Assembly: GCA_038064915.1 (NCBI GenBank)
Contig: JBBTSB010000003.1
Location: 13,395 to 77,394, forward strand
Reading direction: 5' to 3'
DNA from: Patescibacteria group bacterium
GTDB lineage: Bacteria > Patescibacteriota > Minisyncoccia > 2-02-FULL-40-12 > IGHO2-01-FULL-4-A
DNA length: 64,000 nt
Positions 48,871 through 58,029 of this stretch are shown piece by piece (positions within the stretch are counted from its first letter, which is position 1; the number at the start of each line of letters is the position of its first letter). Made by a program: the position numbers and the translations under genes. The notes under the pieces were generated by a model. It worked only from the letters and a program-made list of their open reading frames with translations, was not told the origin of the DNA and did not search any database.

Positions 48871-50115
48871 ATGACATCCAAACTCGGACTTGCCATTATT
48901 ATTGTGATCTCTCTGTTTTTCGGTTTTTTTGTATCGCCACTTGGGGAGAAAAGTTTTAGTTGGGTGCCGCCATTTCGTTTGGGTTTGGATCTTCTCGGAG
49001 GAGCGCACTTGGAATATCAAGGCGACCTTACCCAGCTTGCCGAAGGACAGAGCGCTGGTGATGCCATGGAGGGAGTACGAGACGTCATCGAGCGTCGGGT
49101 GAATTTATTTGGTGTTTCAGAGCCAGTAGTACAGATTGAGGGCAGTGATCGGCTCATCGTGGAACTTGCCGGTATCACGGATATTCAGCAGGCGATTGAT
49201 CTCATTGGATTGACTCCGTTTCTGGAATTTAAAGAATTGAGTGATGAAACGGCAAGCGCTTCCTTTATTTCGACGGGACTTACAGGAAAGAATCTCAAAC
49301 GATCGGAGGTTACCTTTGATTCAACAACAGGCCGTCCGCAAATTGCGTTGACGCTTGATGACGAAGGAACAAAACTGTTTGCGGAAATTACCAAGCGGAA
49401 CATCGGCAAGCCCGTTGCGATATTTCTGGACGAACAGCCCATCAGTATTCCTACTGTGCAGACAGAAATACCTGATGGCAAAGCGGTCATTACGGGAATG
49501 TTTACTCCTCAGCAGGCAAAAGAATTAGCGAACCGTTTAAATGCCGGCGCACTTCCGGTTCCCATAGAAAAAATTTCCCAGCAAACTGTCGGAGCATCCT
49601 TGGGTGCCGAATCCCTCAATAAATCGTTGTCGGCAGGACTCTACGCGCTATTCTTGGTGGCGCTCTTCATGATCGCATTCTATCGTTTGCCAGGACTTGC
49701 GGCCGTTTTAGCCCTGCTTAGCTACAGCGCCATCGTGCTCACCATTTATAAACTTTTTCCCGTCACGCTATCTCTATCCGGCATTGCCGGGTTTATCCTA
49801 TCGCTTGGTATAGCCGTTGATGCAAATGTTTTGATTTTTTCACGCATGCGGGAAGAGATTAAAGCAGGGCGTACCTTGCCGCAAGCCGTCAATGAAGGAT
49901 TTCGGCGCGCATGGTACTCGATTCGTGACAGCCACGTGACGACGATTCTCGGTGCCGTTGTTCTGTATATGTTTACGACATCGATCGTAAAAGGATTTGC
50001 GTTGACCCTTGGTATTGGAGTGGTGGTGAGTTTGTTCAGTTCCATTGTCGTGACGCGTGCATTCATGAATCGGACTACTGGTCCGTGGTTTGCATCGAAA
50101 TCATGGCTATTTTGA
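48871..50115 (+). CDS. secD: Protein translocase subunit SecD
   Basis: LGLDL.GG, RVN.FGVSEP, L.AGALPVP, G.AVDANVLIF.R.REE, GFA.TL.IG. Confidence 0.95.
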   Translation: MTSKLGLAIIIVISLFFGFFVSPLGEKSFSWVPPFRLGLDLLGGAHLEYQGDLTQLAEGQSAGDAMEGVRDVIERRVNLFGVSEPVVQIEGSDRLIVELAGITDIQQAIDLIGLTPFLEFKELSDETASASFISTGLTGKNLKRSEVTFDSTTGRPQIALTLDDEGTKLFAEITKRNIGKPVAIFLDEQPISIPTVQTEIPDGKAVITGMFTPQQAKELANRLNAGALPVPIEKISQQTVGASLGAESLNKSLSAGLYALFLVALFMIAFYRLPGLAAVLALLSYSAIVLTIYKLFPVTLSLSGIAGFILSLGIAVDANVLIFSRMREEIKAGRTLPQAVNEGFRRAWYSIRDSHVTTILGAVVLYMFTTSIVKGFALTLGIGVVVSLFSSIVVTRAFMNRTTGPWFASKSWLF

Positions 50116-50116
50116 A

Positions 50117-50947
50117 ATGAAACCCGTATATAAACTATTCTTTGCAGTTTCCATGCTTCTCACGATTGTTGCTCTTGTGGCAACGGTGGTAATCTGGCGC
50201 AAAACCCACGGCGAGTTTTTGGGTATTGATTTTCGCGGGGGATCGCTCCTTGAAGTGAGTTTTGAAAGCGGGCGACCGAATGAAATCATTCGTGAGAAAA
50301 AAATTGCCGAAGAACGCCGGCAGGAAATTCTCAAGGACCTCGAAACACAGTATGGACCAGTACGACAGGAGCGTTTCGATGATATTGGTCCCACCGTTGG
50401 AGCCCAGCTCAAGAGCAAGAGTATCAAGGCGGTTGTCATTTTGCTGATCGTGATTGTCATCTATCTGGCAATCGTTTTCCGCTCCATGGCACGCGTGCTT
50501 TCTCCATGGGCGATGGGCATTGCCGCTATTGCTGCCCTTCTCCACGATGTCATTATTCCCATCGGAGTATTTTCCATTCTTGGAGCGTATTATGGTGTAG
50601 AAATCAGCGCTGTGTTTGTTGCGGCGATCCTTACCATTTTGGGCTATTCCGTTTCTGATACCGTAGTGGTATTTGACCGCATCCGTGAAAACGTGGTACG
50701 GTTTGGGGGGAAAGAGTCTTTTCCCGAACTTGTCCACAAGAGTATTTTGCAGACGCTGACCCGTTCCATCAATACTTCGGTCACTACGCTTCTCGCATTG
50801 GTCGCCATCTTTCTTTTTGGCGGTGAATCAGTCAAGTATTTCGCGCTTGCTTTGATCATTGGGATCGTTTCCGGTACGTATTCTTCCATATTTATTGCTT
50901 CGCCGATCGTGGTATGGTGGCATGGGTTTCGGAAGAAGGGAATTTGA
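50117..50947 (+). CDS. secF: Protein translocase subunit SecF (short extracytoplasmic domain)
   Basis: GIDF.GG, IGPTVG, LLHDV, GYS..DTVVVFDR.RE, RSINTS, GTYSSIFIA.P. Confidence 0.94.
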   Translation: MKPVYKLFFAVSMLLTIVALVATVVIWRKTHGEFLGIDFRGGSLLEVSFESGRPNEIIREKKIAEERRQEILKDLETQYGPVRQERFDDIGPTVGAQLKSKSIKAVVILLIVIVIYLAIVFRSMARVLSPWAMGIAAIAALLHDVIIPIGVFSILGAYYGVEISAVFVAAILTILGYSVSDTVVVFDRIRENVVRFGGKESFPELVHKSILQTLTRSINTSVTTLLALVAIFLFGGESVKYFALALIIGIVSGTYSSIFIASPIVVWWHGFRKKGI

Positions 50948-50986
50948 CTAATTTCCTAGTATGTGCTATTTTTAGATCCTTCGTAT

Positions 50987-51994
50987 ATGGCAGAATCTAA
51001 CGCACAAATCAAGAAGGTTGTAAGCCAGCTGATATCGGTGCTCAACCAGCGAAATCGCGAGATCATATCTCGCCGTTTTGGTTTGAAGAATGGATCCAAG
51101 GAAACGTTGGAATCCATCGGCGCAAGCTATGGAATTACCCGCGAGCGTGTTCGTCAAATTGAGGAAGCTTCGCTTGCTCAAATTCGCGAATCTCTGCAAG
51201 GAGCGGGCGCTTCCACCATTCAGTCCTTCGTCGTTTTGACCAAGGAAATTTTAGACTCCAACAATGGCGTTATCCACGAGCAGGAACTTTTCGCACGTTT
51301 TTCGGGTTCCGATCAAAACTCGCCGACCAACGCCGCATTGATTTTTGTTCTCACGCTTTCTGGAGCTTTCCACCGATCTCTCGAGGATGACAATTTTGCG
51401 ACGTTTTGGAGCCTTTCCAAACAGCGCGCTACAGAATTTAAACAACAAGTCGCGACCCTCGTTGCCAACTTGGAAAAACGAAAAGAGATGCTTTCTACCG
51501 GTGAAGTTCCCGAAAGTGTTCTTTCCTATCTCACCATTTCCAAAAATATCGGCAAGAATGTATTCGGTGAAATCGGCTTGACGAAATGGGCGGAGATCAA
51601 ACCACGGGGCGTTCGCGACAAATCCTACCTGGTGCTCAAAAAGGAAGGCAAGCCCAAGCACTTCCGCGAAATCACCGAACTCATCAACTCGGCAAACTTT
51701 GGCAATCGCAAAGCACACGTGCAAACCGTTCACAACGAGCTCATCAAAGATTCACGTTTCGTACTCGTAGGCCGGGGCATTTACGGACTTTCCGAGTGGG
51801 GATATGAACCCGGCACCGTGAAGCAAGTGATTGCAAACTTGCTTCGCAAAGAAGGACCCATGTCCAAAGACAAGATCGTCGCACATGTGATGTCCACTCG
51901 AATGGTGAAACCCAATACCGTGGTGCTTGGCATGCAGGACAAAAATCTCTTCCGTGAAACCGACGAAGGCCACATCGCTCTCAAAGAAGCATAA
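50987..51994 (+). CDS. Sigma70 region 4-like HTH protein with C-terminal winged-helix (HARE-HTH/RNAP delta-like) domains
   Basis: RFGL...ETLE.IG..YGITRERVRQIE; P.HF.EI, TVHNELI.D.RFVLVGRG.Y.L.EW. Confidence 0.8.
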   Translation: MAESNAQIKKVVSQLISVLNQRNREIISRRFGLKNGSKETLESIGASYGITRERVRQIEEASLAQIRESLQGAGASTIQSFVVLTKEILDSNNGVIHEQELFARFSGSDQNSPTNAALIFVLTLSGAFHRSLEDDNFATFWSLSKQRATEFKQQVATLVANLEKRKEMLSTGEVPESVLSYLTISKNIGKNVFGEIGLTKWAEIKPRGVRDKSYLVLKKEGKPKHFREITELINSANFGNRKAHVQTVHNELIKDSRFVLVGRGIYGLSEWGYEPGTVKQVIANLLRKEGPMSKDKIVAHVMSTRMVKPNTVVLGMQDKNLFRETDEGHIALKEA

Positions 51995-52012
51995 ACGTGG
52001 TATACTAAGGCT

Positions 52013-53299
52013 ATGCATATAGTTTGGGAAGTTATATCCACTGTCTGGCATTATGCCGGTGGGTTTGTTTCCATTGGATTTTTTTTCATCGCTATTTTTA
52101 TTGCCCGGAGCACGTGGACGTTTTATCGCGAGGAGCATTACAAAAGCAGTAAACGCCTACTTCCTTGGGTATACTTGGAAATCAAAATTCCCCGCGAAGT
52201 GCTCAAGGGTCCCAAGGCGATGGAACAGTTTTTTGCTGCGCTCCATCCTCTTGGAAACTTTCCTGCGAGTTTTGCGAAGCGATGGTGGGATGGCGAAGTT
52301 CCGCGATGGCATGTCATTGATATCATAGGGAAAAACAGCGAGGTTCGCTTTTATATGCGCGTGTCCAGCAAAATCAACGCCGCTATCGAAGGATTGCTCT
52401 ACGCGGCGTATCCGGAAATTGAGATCATAGAGGTGGAAGATCCTCTCCTTCAGTTTCCTGCGACGTATGATGAATTGGATCAGCAAGGGTATCAAATCTT
52501 TGGTAATGAACTGATGCAAACGGGTAGCCAAGCTATTTCCATTCGAACCTATGCTGAATTTGAGCAGGAATCCGGCGACGAGAAGGGACGCATCATTGAT
52601 CCATTTTCCGTGCTCTTGGAGCTCATTGGCAACCTCCAGCCTTCAGAGATGCTATTAATTCAATATGTTCTTGTGCCGAGCACTTCAAAACAGCACCACT
52701 ATCAACACTGGAGACATGAAGGTGAGCACCTCCTGGAAAAGTACCGTGATACCACGCAACAAATCGGGCAAGACAAGGAAGGAAAGCCGCAGTATCGATT
52801 TCGCTTTCGTACGCCAACTGAAGAGGCAACCATCAAGCGCATTGAAGATAAATTTGACAAAGGCGTGTTTGACACCACGATTCGGTATCTCCATATCGCA
52901 CCAAAAGAAATCTTCAACTTCCACATCGGGTACCGCGGTATACAGACATTTTTCAATCAATTTCGCCACGACAAACAAACCCTGGAACGCAACTACCACG
53001 TGATCACCAAGGGCGAGTGGTACTACTTTCCGTGGATATTTGCCGATGCGAGATTGCGTCAGCGCAGGCGCATGATCTATGATGAATACATGCGCCGTTT
53101 TGTGCCGGAAGAGACAGTTGCCGGCATGCTGTACAACTCCGGCATCTGGACCTGGTGTTTTTACCACAAACCCATGCCACTTTCCACCGAGGAGCTTGCC
53201 ACGCTGTTTCACATTCCCACCAACGTCATCTTGACGCAGACATCCATGGAACGCATCGAGTCCAAGCGATTGTCACCGCCTACCAATCTCCCCGAATAA
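52013..53299 (+). CDS. Membrane-anchored hypothetical protein, paralog 1 (coupling-protein-associated domain)
   Basis: N-terminal TM, LEI.IPRE..KGPKAMEQFF, YPE.EI.E, EELATLFHIP, IESK...PP.NLP. Confidence 0.7.
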   Translation: MHIVWEVISTVWHYAGGFVSIGFFFIAIFIARSTWTFYREEHYKSSKRLLPWVYLEIKIPREVLKGPKAMEQFFAALHPLGNFPASFAKRWWDGEVPRWHVIDIIGKNSEVRFYMRVSSKINAAIEGLLYAAYPEIEIIEVEDPLLQFPATYDELDQQGYQIFGNELMQTGSQAISIRTYAEFEQESGDEKGRIIDPFSVLLELIGNLQPSEMLLIQYVLVPSTSKQHHYQHWRHEGEHLLEKYRDTTQQIGQDKEGKPQYRFRFRTPTEEATIKRIEDKFDKGVFDTTIRYLHIAPKEIFNFHIGYRGIQTFFNQFRHDKQTLERNYHVITKGEWYYFPWIFADARLRQRRRMIYDEYMRRFVPEETVAGMLYNSGIWTWCFYHKPMPLSTEELATLFHIPTNVILTQTSMERIESKRLSPPTNLPE

Positions 53300-53301
53300 T
53301 C

Positions 53302-54555
53302 ATGAGCTTTTCAACACATTTTACCTGGGTCATCTACGCGATTGTGTTTATCGCGTCCTACTACATCGCAAAGAGCGTGTGGTTGTTTTGGCGCCAGGAG
53401 GGATTTAAAAACAGAATGGATTGGGTGCTCCTGGAAATCCGTGTGCCGCGGGAAATGACGCGCGGGCCCAAAGCGATGGAACAGTTTTTTGCAAGCATAT
53501 ATAACCTACGGAACTATGCCATCGGTCCAAAAGAAATCTACCTGGACGGTGAAATCACCCGGTGGTTTAGTCTGGAAATCGTAGGAACCAACAGAGTCAC
53601 GCGCCTCTATTTGCGCATCTTGCGTCCCCTGATGCATCCGATGGTTTCCGCCCTCTACGCGCAGTATCCGGAAGTGGAGGTAGTTGAAGCGGAACGGGAC
53701 TACATCTATGATTACCCCGACAGCTACCAGGCCCTGCTCGCCCGCAACTATGAAATTTATGGTCTTGAAGTTACACAAAAAAGAAATCCGGCGTTCAAAC
53801 TCCGCACCTACAAGGATTTTGAAACATTGGTGGGAAGCGAAAAGGGAAGAATTACCGATCCCATGGCAGCTGTCATCGAGATCATTGGCAGGCTCAAAGC
53901 CGAAGAGACCGTGTGGATACAGTTTTTGTGCCAGCCCGATACCAACCATATTCGCTCCGATCACTGGGCGGTAGGCGCCAAAAAAGAAATTGAAAAATTT
54001 AAAAGCGCGACGCAAAAGAGCGAGGGAAAGCATGGAGATGAGCCTTCGATTCGATTCCGTTTCCGCACCCAACACGAAGAGAACACGCTTAAAGGCCTGG
54101 AGGAAAAAATCGCGCAGGCAGTCTACGTCACCACATTCCGAACAATCTACCTAGCTCCGCGCGCAATCTACAACCGCGATTTGGCGAACCGCGGTATTTT
54201 CGGCTTCTTGGCGCAAATGAACAACGATGATCAGCGTATGACGAAGATCAACAAAGTCCGTTCGAAAGTGGACTGGGACGCGTTTCCGATCATCTTCCCC
54301 AAGCGGCGTCTGTTTTGGAAAAACGTGGCTATCTACGACGAATATCGTCGCCGCTTTATTCCAGAAGAAACCATCGCGGGCAAAATCTACAATTCGTATC
54401 CGCTCCGCTGGTGTTTTTGGCACAAGCCGATGATTCTCTGCGCAGAGGAGCTGGCGACGTTTTTCCATATTCCGACCAATGTGGTGCTGACGCAGGTCAC
54501 GATGGATCGTATTGAATCCAAGCATCTCGCTCCGCCGGGAAATTTGCCATCATGA
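53302..54555 (+). CDS. Membrane-anchored hypothetical protein, paralog 2
   Basis: Colinear with paralog 1 (GPKAMEQFFA, RFRFRT..EE, WCF.HKPM, EELAT.FHIPTNV). Confidence 0.7.
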   Translation: MSFSTHFTWVIYAIVFIASYYIAKSVWLFWRQEGFKNRMDWVLLEIRVPREMTRGPKAMEQFFASIYNLRNYAIGPKEIYLDGEITRWFSLEIVGTNRVTRLYLRILRPLMHPMVSALYAQYPEVEVVEAERDYIYDYPDSYQALLARNYEIYGLEVTQKRNPAFKLRTYKDFETLVGSEKGRITDPMAAVIEIIGRLKAEETVWIQFLCQPDTNHIRSDHWAVGAKKEIEKFKSATQKSEGKHGDEPSIRFRFRTQHEENTLKGLEEKIAQAVYVTTFRTIYLAPRAIYNRDLANRGIFGFLAQMNNDDQRMTKINKVRSKVDWDAFPIIFPKRRLFWKNVAIYDEYRRRFIPEETIAGKIYNSYPLRWCFWHKPMILCAEELATFFHIPTNVVLTQVTMDRIESKHLAPPGNLPS

Positions 54556-55244
54556 TTCTGGAAGTCCGACACCTCGTGAAAGAATACGCAGGACGGCGTG
54601 TGGTAGACGACGTTTCTTTTTCTGTTGCTCCCGGAGAAATTGTGGGACTGTTGGGCCCCAATGGAGCGGGCAAGACGACGACGATCGACATGATCTTGGG
54701 GTTGGTGGAGCCAACGTCCGGCGAAATCCAAACGCCACCCAAAGAGCAAATGAATTTTGCCGCCACCTACGCACATTTGCCGGGAAATATGTCGGTGCAA
54801 AATAACCTGCGCGTTTTTGCGCATTTGTACGAAGTCCGTGGAGTAAAGCAGGCCGTGGAGAAAGCACTCAAAGACTTTGATCTGGAGCGACATGCAAAAA
54901 GCCGCACGGGATATTTGTCGTCCGGCGAGCAGACGCGTGTGGGTCTTGCAAAGGCATTTTTAAACAAGCCAAAACTATTGCTTCTGGACGAGCCCACCGC
55001 ATCGCTGGATCCGCACACGTCGGATGGTATTCGCAACAAGCTGATGGATCGTGCTCGCAATGAGGATTTGAGCATTTTGTGGACGTCCCATGATATGGTG
55101 GAGATCACCCGCGTTTGTGATCGAGTACTGTTTATTTCCCACGGCAAAATTTTACTGGAAGGGAAGCCCAGGGACTTGCCAGCACAGTACGGAAAAAAAG
55201 ATTTAGAAGAATTATTTATCCATGTCGCCAAGGAGAATTTATAG
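54552..55244 (+). CDS. ABC-2 type transporter ATPase
   Basis: GPNGAGKTT, LSSGE, LLLDEPT.SLD, SHDM. Confidence 0.9.
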   Translation: MILEVRHLVKEYAGRRVVDDVSFSVAPGEIVGLLGPNGAGKTTTIDMILGLVEPTSGEIQTPPKEQMNFAATYAHLPGNMSVQNNLRVFAHLYEVRGVKQAVEKALKDFDLERHAKSRTGYLSSGEQTRVGLAKAFLNKPKLLLLDEPTASLDPHTSDGIRNKLMDRARNEDLSILWTSHDMVEITRVCDRVLFISHGKILLEGKPRDLPAQYGKKDLEELFIHVAKENL

Positions 55245-56019
55245 TTTATTTTTGCGGCAGGTGATTCTCAACACCCAAAGCTACGGGCGGTGGTTTGGGT
55301 TGTTCTACTGGCCGACGATCGATTTGCTGGTTTGGGGGACGTTGAGCGTGTACTTGAATCAAGGCGTCGGAACCGAATTCAACGTGTTTGGCTACTTGTT
55401 CGGTTCCATTATTTTCCTCAATTTTGTTTGGCGCGTTCAGCAAGGTGTTGCGGTATCATTTCTCGAGGATATCTGGTCGCAAAATTTTATCAATCTGTTT
55501 GCGTCTCCTCTCACATTGGGGGAGTACATTTTGAGTTTGATTTCTACGAGCATCGTCAAAGTTGTCGCTTCCATTTCTGTGATGGCTTTGCTTGCGTGGG
55601 TGCTCTATGCGTTCAACGTCTTTGTGTTGGGGTTTTATTTACTGCCATTTATTTTCATCCTATTTTTCCTTGCTCTCGCCATAGGATTTTTCGGGGTGGG
55701 TGTTACCTTACGGATTGGGCCGTCCGCCGAAGCACTCGTGTGGGCAATGCCGGCCATTCTTGCGCCGCTTTCGGGCGTCTATTATCCGATTACCATCCTT
55801 CCCGTGTTTTGGCAAAAGGTTGCATTGGCGGTACCGAGCACGTATGTATTTGATGGAATGCGCGAGGTCATCAATATTGGGCTCTTTCGTACCGATCTGT
55901 TGCTATTGGGGGCCGGCCTTTCACTCTTGTACTTCGTGATTTCAATTCTGTTTCTCTATCGTACGTATCGTGTAGTTTTGCGCAAAGGCCTCATCGCCCG
56001 TTTTTCTGCGAGTGATTAG
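55222..56019 (+). CDS. ABC-2 type transporter permease
   Basis: About six TM helices, SG..YPI..LP, PSTYVF.GMR. Confidence 0.85.
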   Translation: MSPRRIYSLFLRQVILNTQSYGRWFGLFYWPTIDLLVWGTLSVYLNQGVGTEFNVFGYLFGSIIFLNFVWRVQQGVAVSFLEDIWSQNFINLFASPLTLGEYILSLISTSIVKVVASISVMALLAWVLYAFNVFVLGFYLLPFIFILFFLALAIGFFGVGVTLRIGPSAEALVWAMPAILAPLSGVYYPITILPVFWQKVALAVPSTYVFDGMREVINIGLFRTDLLLLGAGLSLLYFVISILFLYRTYRVVLRKGLIARFSASD

Positions 56020-56035
56020 GTGATACAATTAAAGC

Positions 56036-57523
56036 ATGCCTCGAGAAGGTAAACTTCAGATTGTAAAGTATGCTCCGCCGCCGCTTGAGCTGCCGGTGAT
56101 CGGTTCGGTTGCTCCCGAAGACATATCCTATATCGGACGTACCAACTACATAGCCGCCCTGGAGGAGAAAAAATTTGTTTTTGGTCTCAAGCGTGTCGAT
56201 CGTCGTCGCCACCTCTATATCATTGGAAAGTCCGGCGTAGGAAAATCAAAGCTCCTTGAGCTCCTGGTGCGCCAAGATGTCGCCCATGGTCAGGGTCTGT
56301 GTTTTATGGATCCTCACGGTGATGTCATCGAGGCGATTTTGGATTTTATTCCGGAGAACCGCATCGATGACGTGTGCATCATTGATCCCTCTGATTTCAA
56401 ATTTCCTACGTCATTCAATCCGCTCCAAAACGTCGATCCCAATTTCAAGCATCAATTGACGCAAGGTCTCATCGAAGTCATGGAAAAGCAATTCGGCGCA
56501 AACTGGACGCCGCGTTTGGAGCACGTCTTTCGATTCACTACACTCGCCCTTCTTGACTATCCCCATGCGACCATGCGCGGCATGATCTCGATGCTCACTG
56601 ACCGCAACTACCGCCAAAAAGTCGTGGAGTATATCGAGGATGACATGGTGAAGCGCTTCTGGGCTATTGAGTTCGCAGACTGGTCGGAAAAGTTTGACAC
56701 GGATGCGATTATACCGCTTGTTAACAAGCTCGGCCAGTTTTTATCTGATCCGATGCTCCGCAACATTTTTGGTCAAAAAGAAAACAAGATCAATCTGGAA
56801 GATCTGATGAATCAAAAAAAGATCGTGCTCATCAACCTTGCTAAGGGACGTCTTGGCGAGGAAAACTCAAGCTTCTTCGGCAGTATGTTTATCACCAAAA
56901 TCAAGCAAGCTGGTATGGCTCGCGCCTCGATGCCGGAGAGCCAGCGTACGGATTTTTACCTGTATGTCGATGAGTTTCAAAACGTGGTCACCGAGACATT
57001 TGAAAACATGTTGTCAGAAGCTCGCAAATATGGTATTTGTCTCACGATGGCGCACCAGTACGTCGGACAGCTTTTGGAGCGTGTAGTTCATGCGGTGTTG
57101 GGAAATACGGGAACGATCATCATCTTCCGCGTGGGCGGTGAAGATGCGGTGAAACTTGAACCGGAAATGGCTCCGATTTTCAAAGTCAAGGACATGATCA
57201 ACCTTGGCATGCAGGAGTTTTATATCAAGGAAACTATCGATGGCGAGACGTACGACCCGTTTTCCGCACAAACCTTGAAAGTCACACCACCGCCCCATCC
57301 GCCGTACCGTCAGCGTATTTATGATGAATCGCGCAAAAAGTATTCCATCACAGCTGACATGGCCAAAAAGCTTATAGAAGAAGAAGAGGCGAGTATTTAC
57401 CGCAGTGCACAAGAAAAAGCCGCCATTCAACATAAAGGAAAAAAAGCAGGGGACGAGACGAGCGACGTGTCCGCCGAAGCTTCAGCGAAGGCGGAAACCC
57501 GCGAGCCAGAACCACTTATATGA
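56036..57523 (+). CDS. VirD4/TraD/HerA-like ATPase (T4SS coupling-protein family)
   Basis: DRRRHLYIIGKSGVGKS, DPHGD, FNPL, LYVDEFQN, EARKY, AHQY..QL. Confidence 0.88.
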   Translation: MPREGKLQIVKYAPPPLELPVIGSVAPEDISYIGRTNYIAALEEKKFVFGLKRVDRRRHLYIIGKSGVGKSKLLELLVRQDVAHGQGLCFMDPHGDVIEAILDFIPENRIDDVCIIDPSDFKFPTSFNPLQNVDPNFKHQLTQGLIEVMEKQFGANWTPRLEHVFRFTTLALLDYPHATMRGMISMLTDRNYRQKVVEYIEDDMVKRFWAIEFADWSEKFDTDAIIPLVNKLGQFLSDPMLRNIFGQKENKINLEDLMNQKKIVLINLAKGRLGEENSSFFGSMFITKIKQAGMARASMPESQRTDFYLYVDEFQNVVTETFENMLSEARKYGICLTMAHQYVGQLLERVVHAVLGNTGTIIIFRVGGEDAVKLEPEMAPIFKVKDMINLGMQEFYIKETIDGETYDPFSAQTLKVTPPPHPPYRQRIYDESRKKYSITADMAKKLIEEEEASIYRSAQEKAAIQHKGKKAGDETSDVSAEASAKAETREPEPLI

Positions 57524-58029
57524 ATACACTGTATCTTATCTTACATATCATCGGGATTGCACTCGGAGCAGGCGGAGCATTTATGAGTGATGCGCTCTTT
57601 TTCCACTTTTTGAAAAAAAGAGATTTTTCTGATAGCAATGTCGCTATTTTGAAACTCGGCAGCCGCATGGTATGGATTGGTCTTGCGGTGCTTTTGATTT
57701 CCGGGGTGTTCCTTTTTGCCGGCAATCCGGATCGCTATCTGCACTCGAGCAAGTTTCTCATCAAAATGACGATCGTGTTGGTCATTGCGATTAATGGCGT
57801 CGTTTTCCACAAGGTCCACATGCGCCGGATGTCTGAGTTCACTCCAGGACTCTTTGTCAGTGGGGCGATCTCCATGCCGTCGTGGATATTAGCCATCGTC
57901 TTGGGCGCCATGCATGGCATTGCTCTTTCCTACCCGACTCTTTTAGCTGGCTACATCGTCATCCTCTCGGGTAGTATTTTTGTTTCTCTGATGATGCGAA
58001 AGAGACTACCTCCTCACGATGGCTCGTAA
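57520..58029 (+). CDS. Four-TM membrane protein
   Basis: H.IG.ALG.GGA, SG..L, F..K...V....NG. Confidence 0.7.
   Translation: MNTLYLILHIIGIALGAGGAFMSDALFFHFLKKRDFSDSNVAILKLGSRMVWIGLAVLLISGVFLFAGNPDRYLHSSKFLIKMTIVLVIAINGVVFHKVHMRRMSEFTPGLFVSGAISMPSWILAIVLGAMHGIALSYPTLLAGYIVILSGSIFVSLMMRKRLPPHDGS

Noticed and set aside
47413-49020. 535-aa minus-strand ORF and similar long antisense ORFs (37594-38679, 9105-9857, 43003-43767)
   Set aside because: Shadows of well-supported plus-strand genes, with no recognisable motifs.
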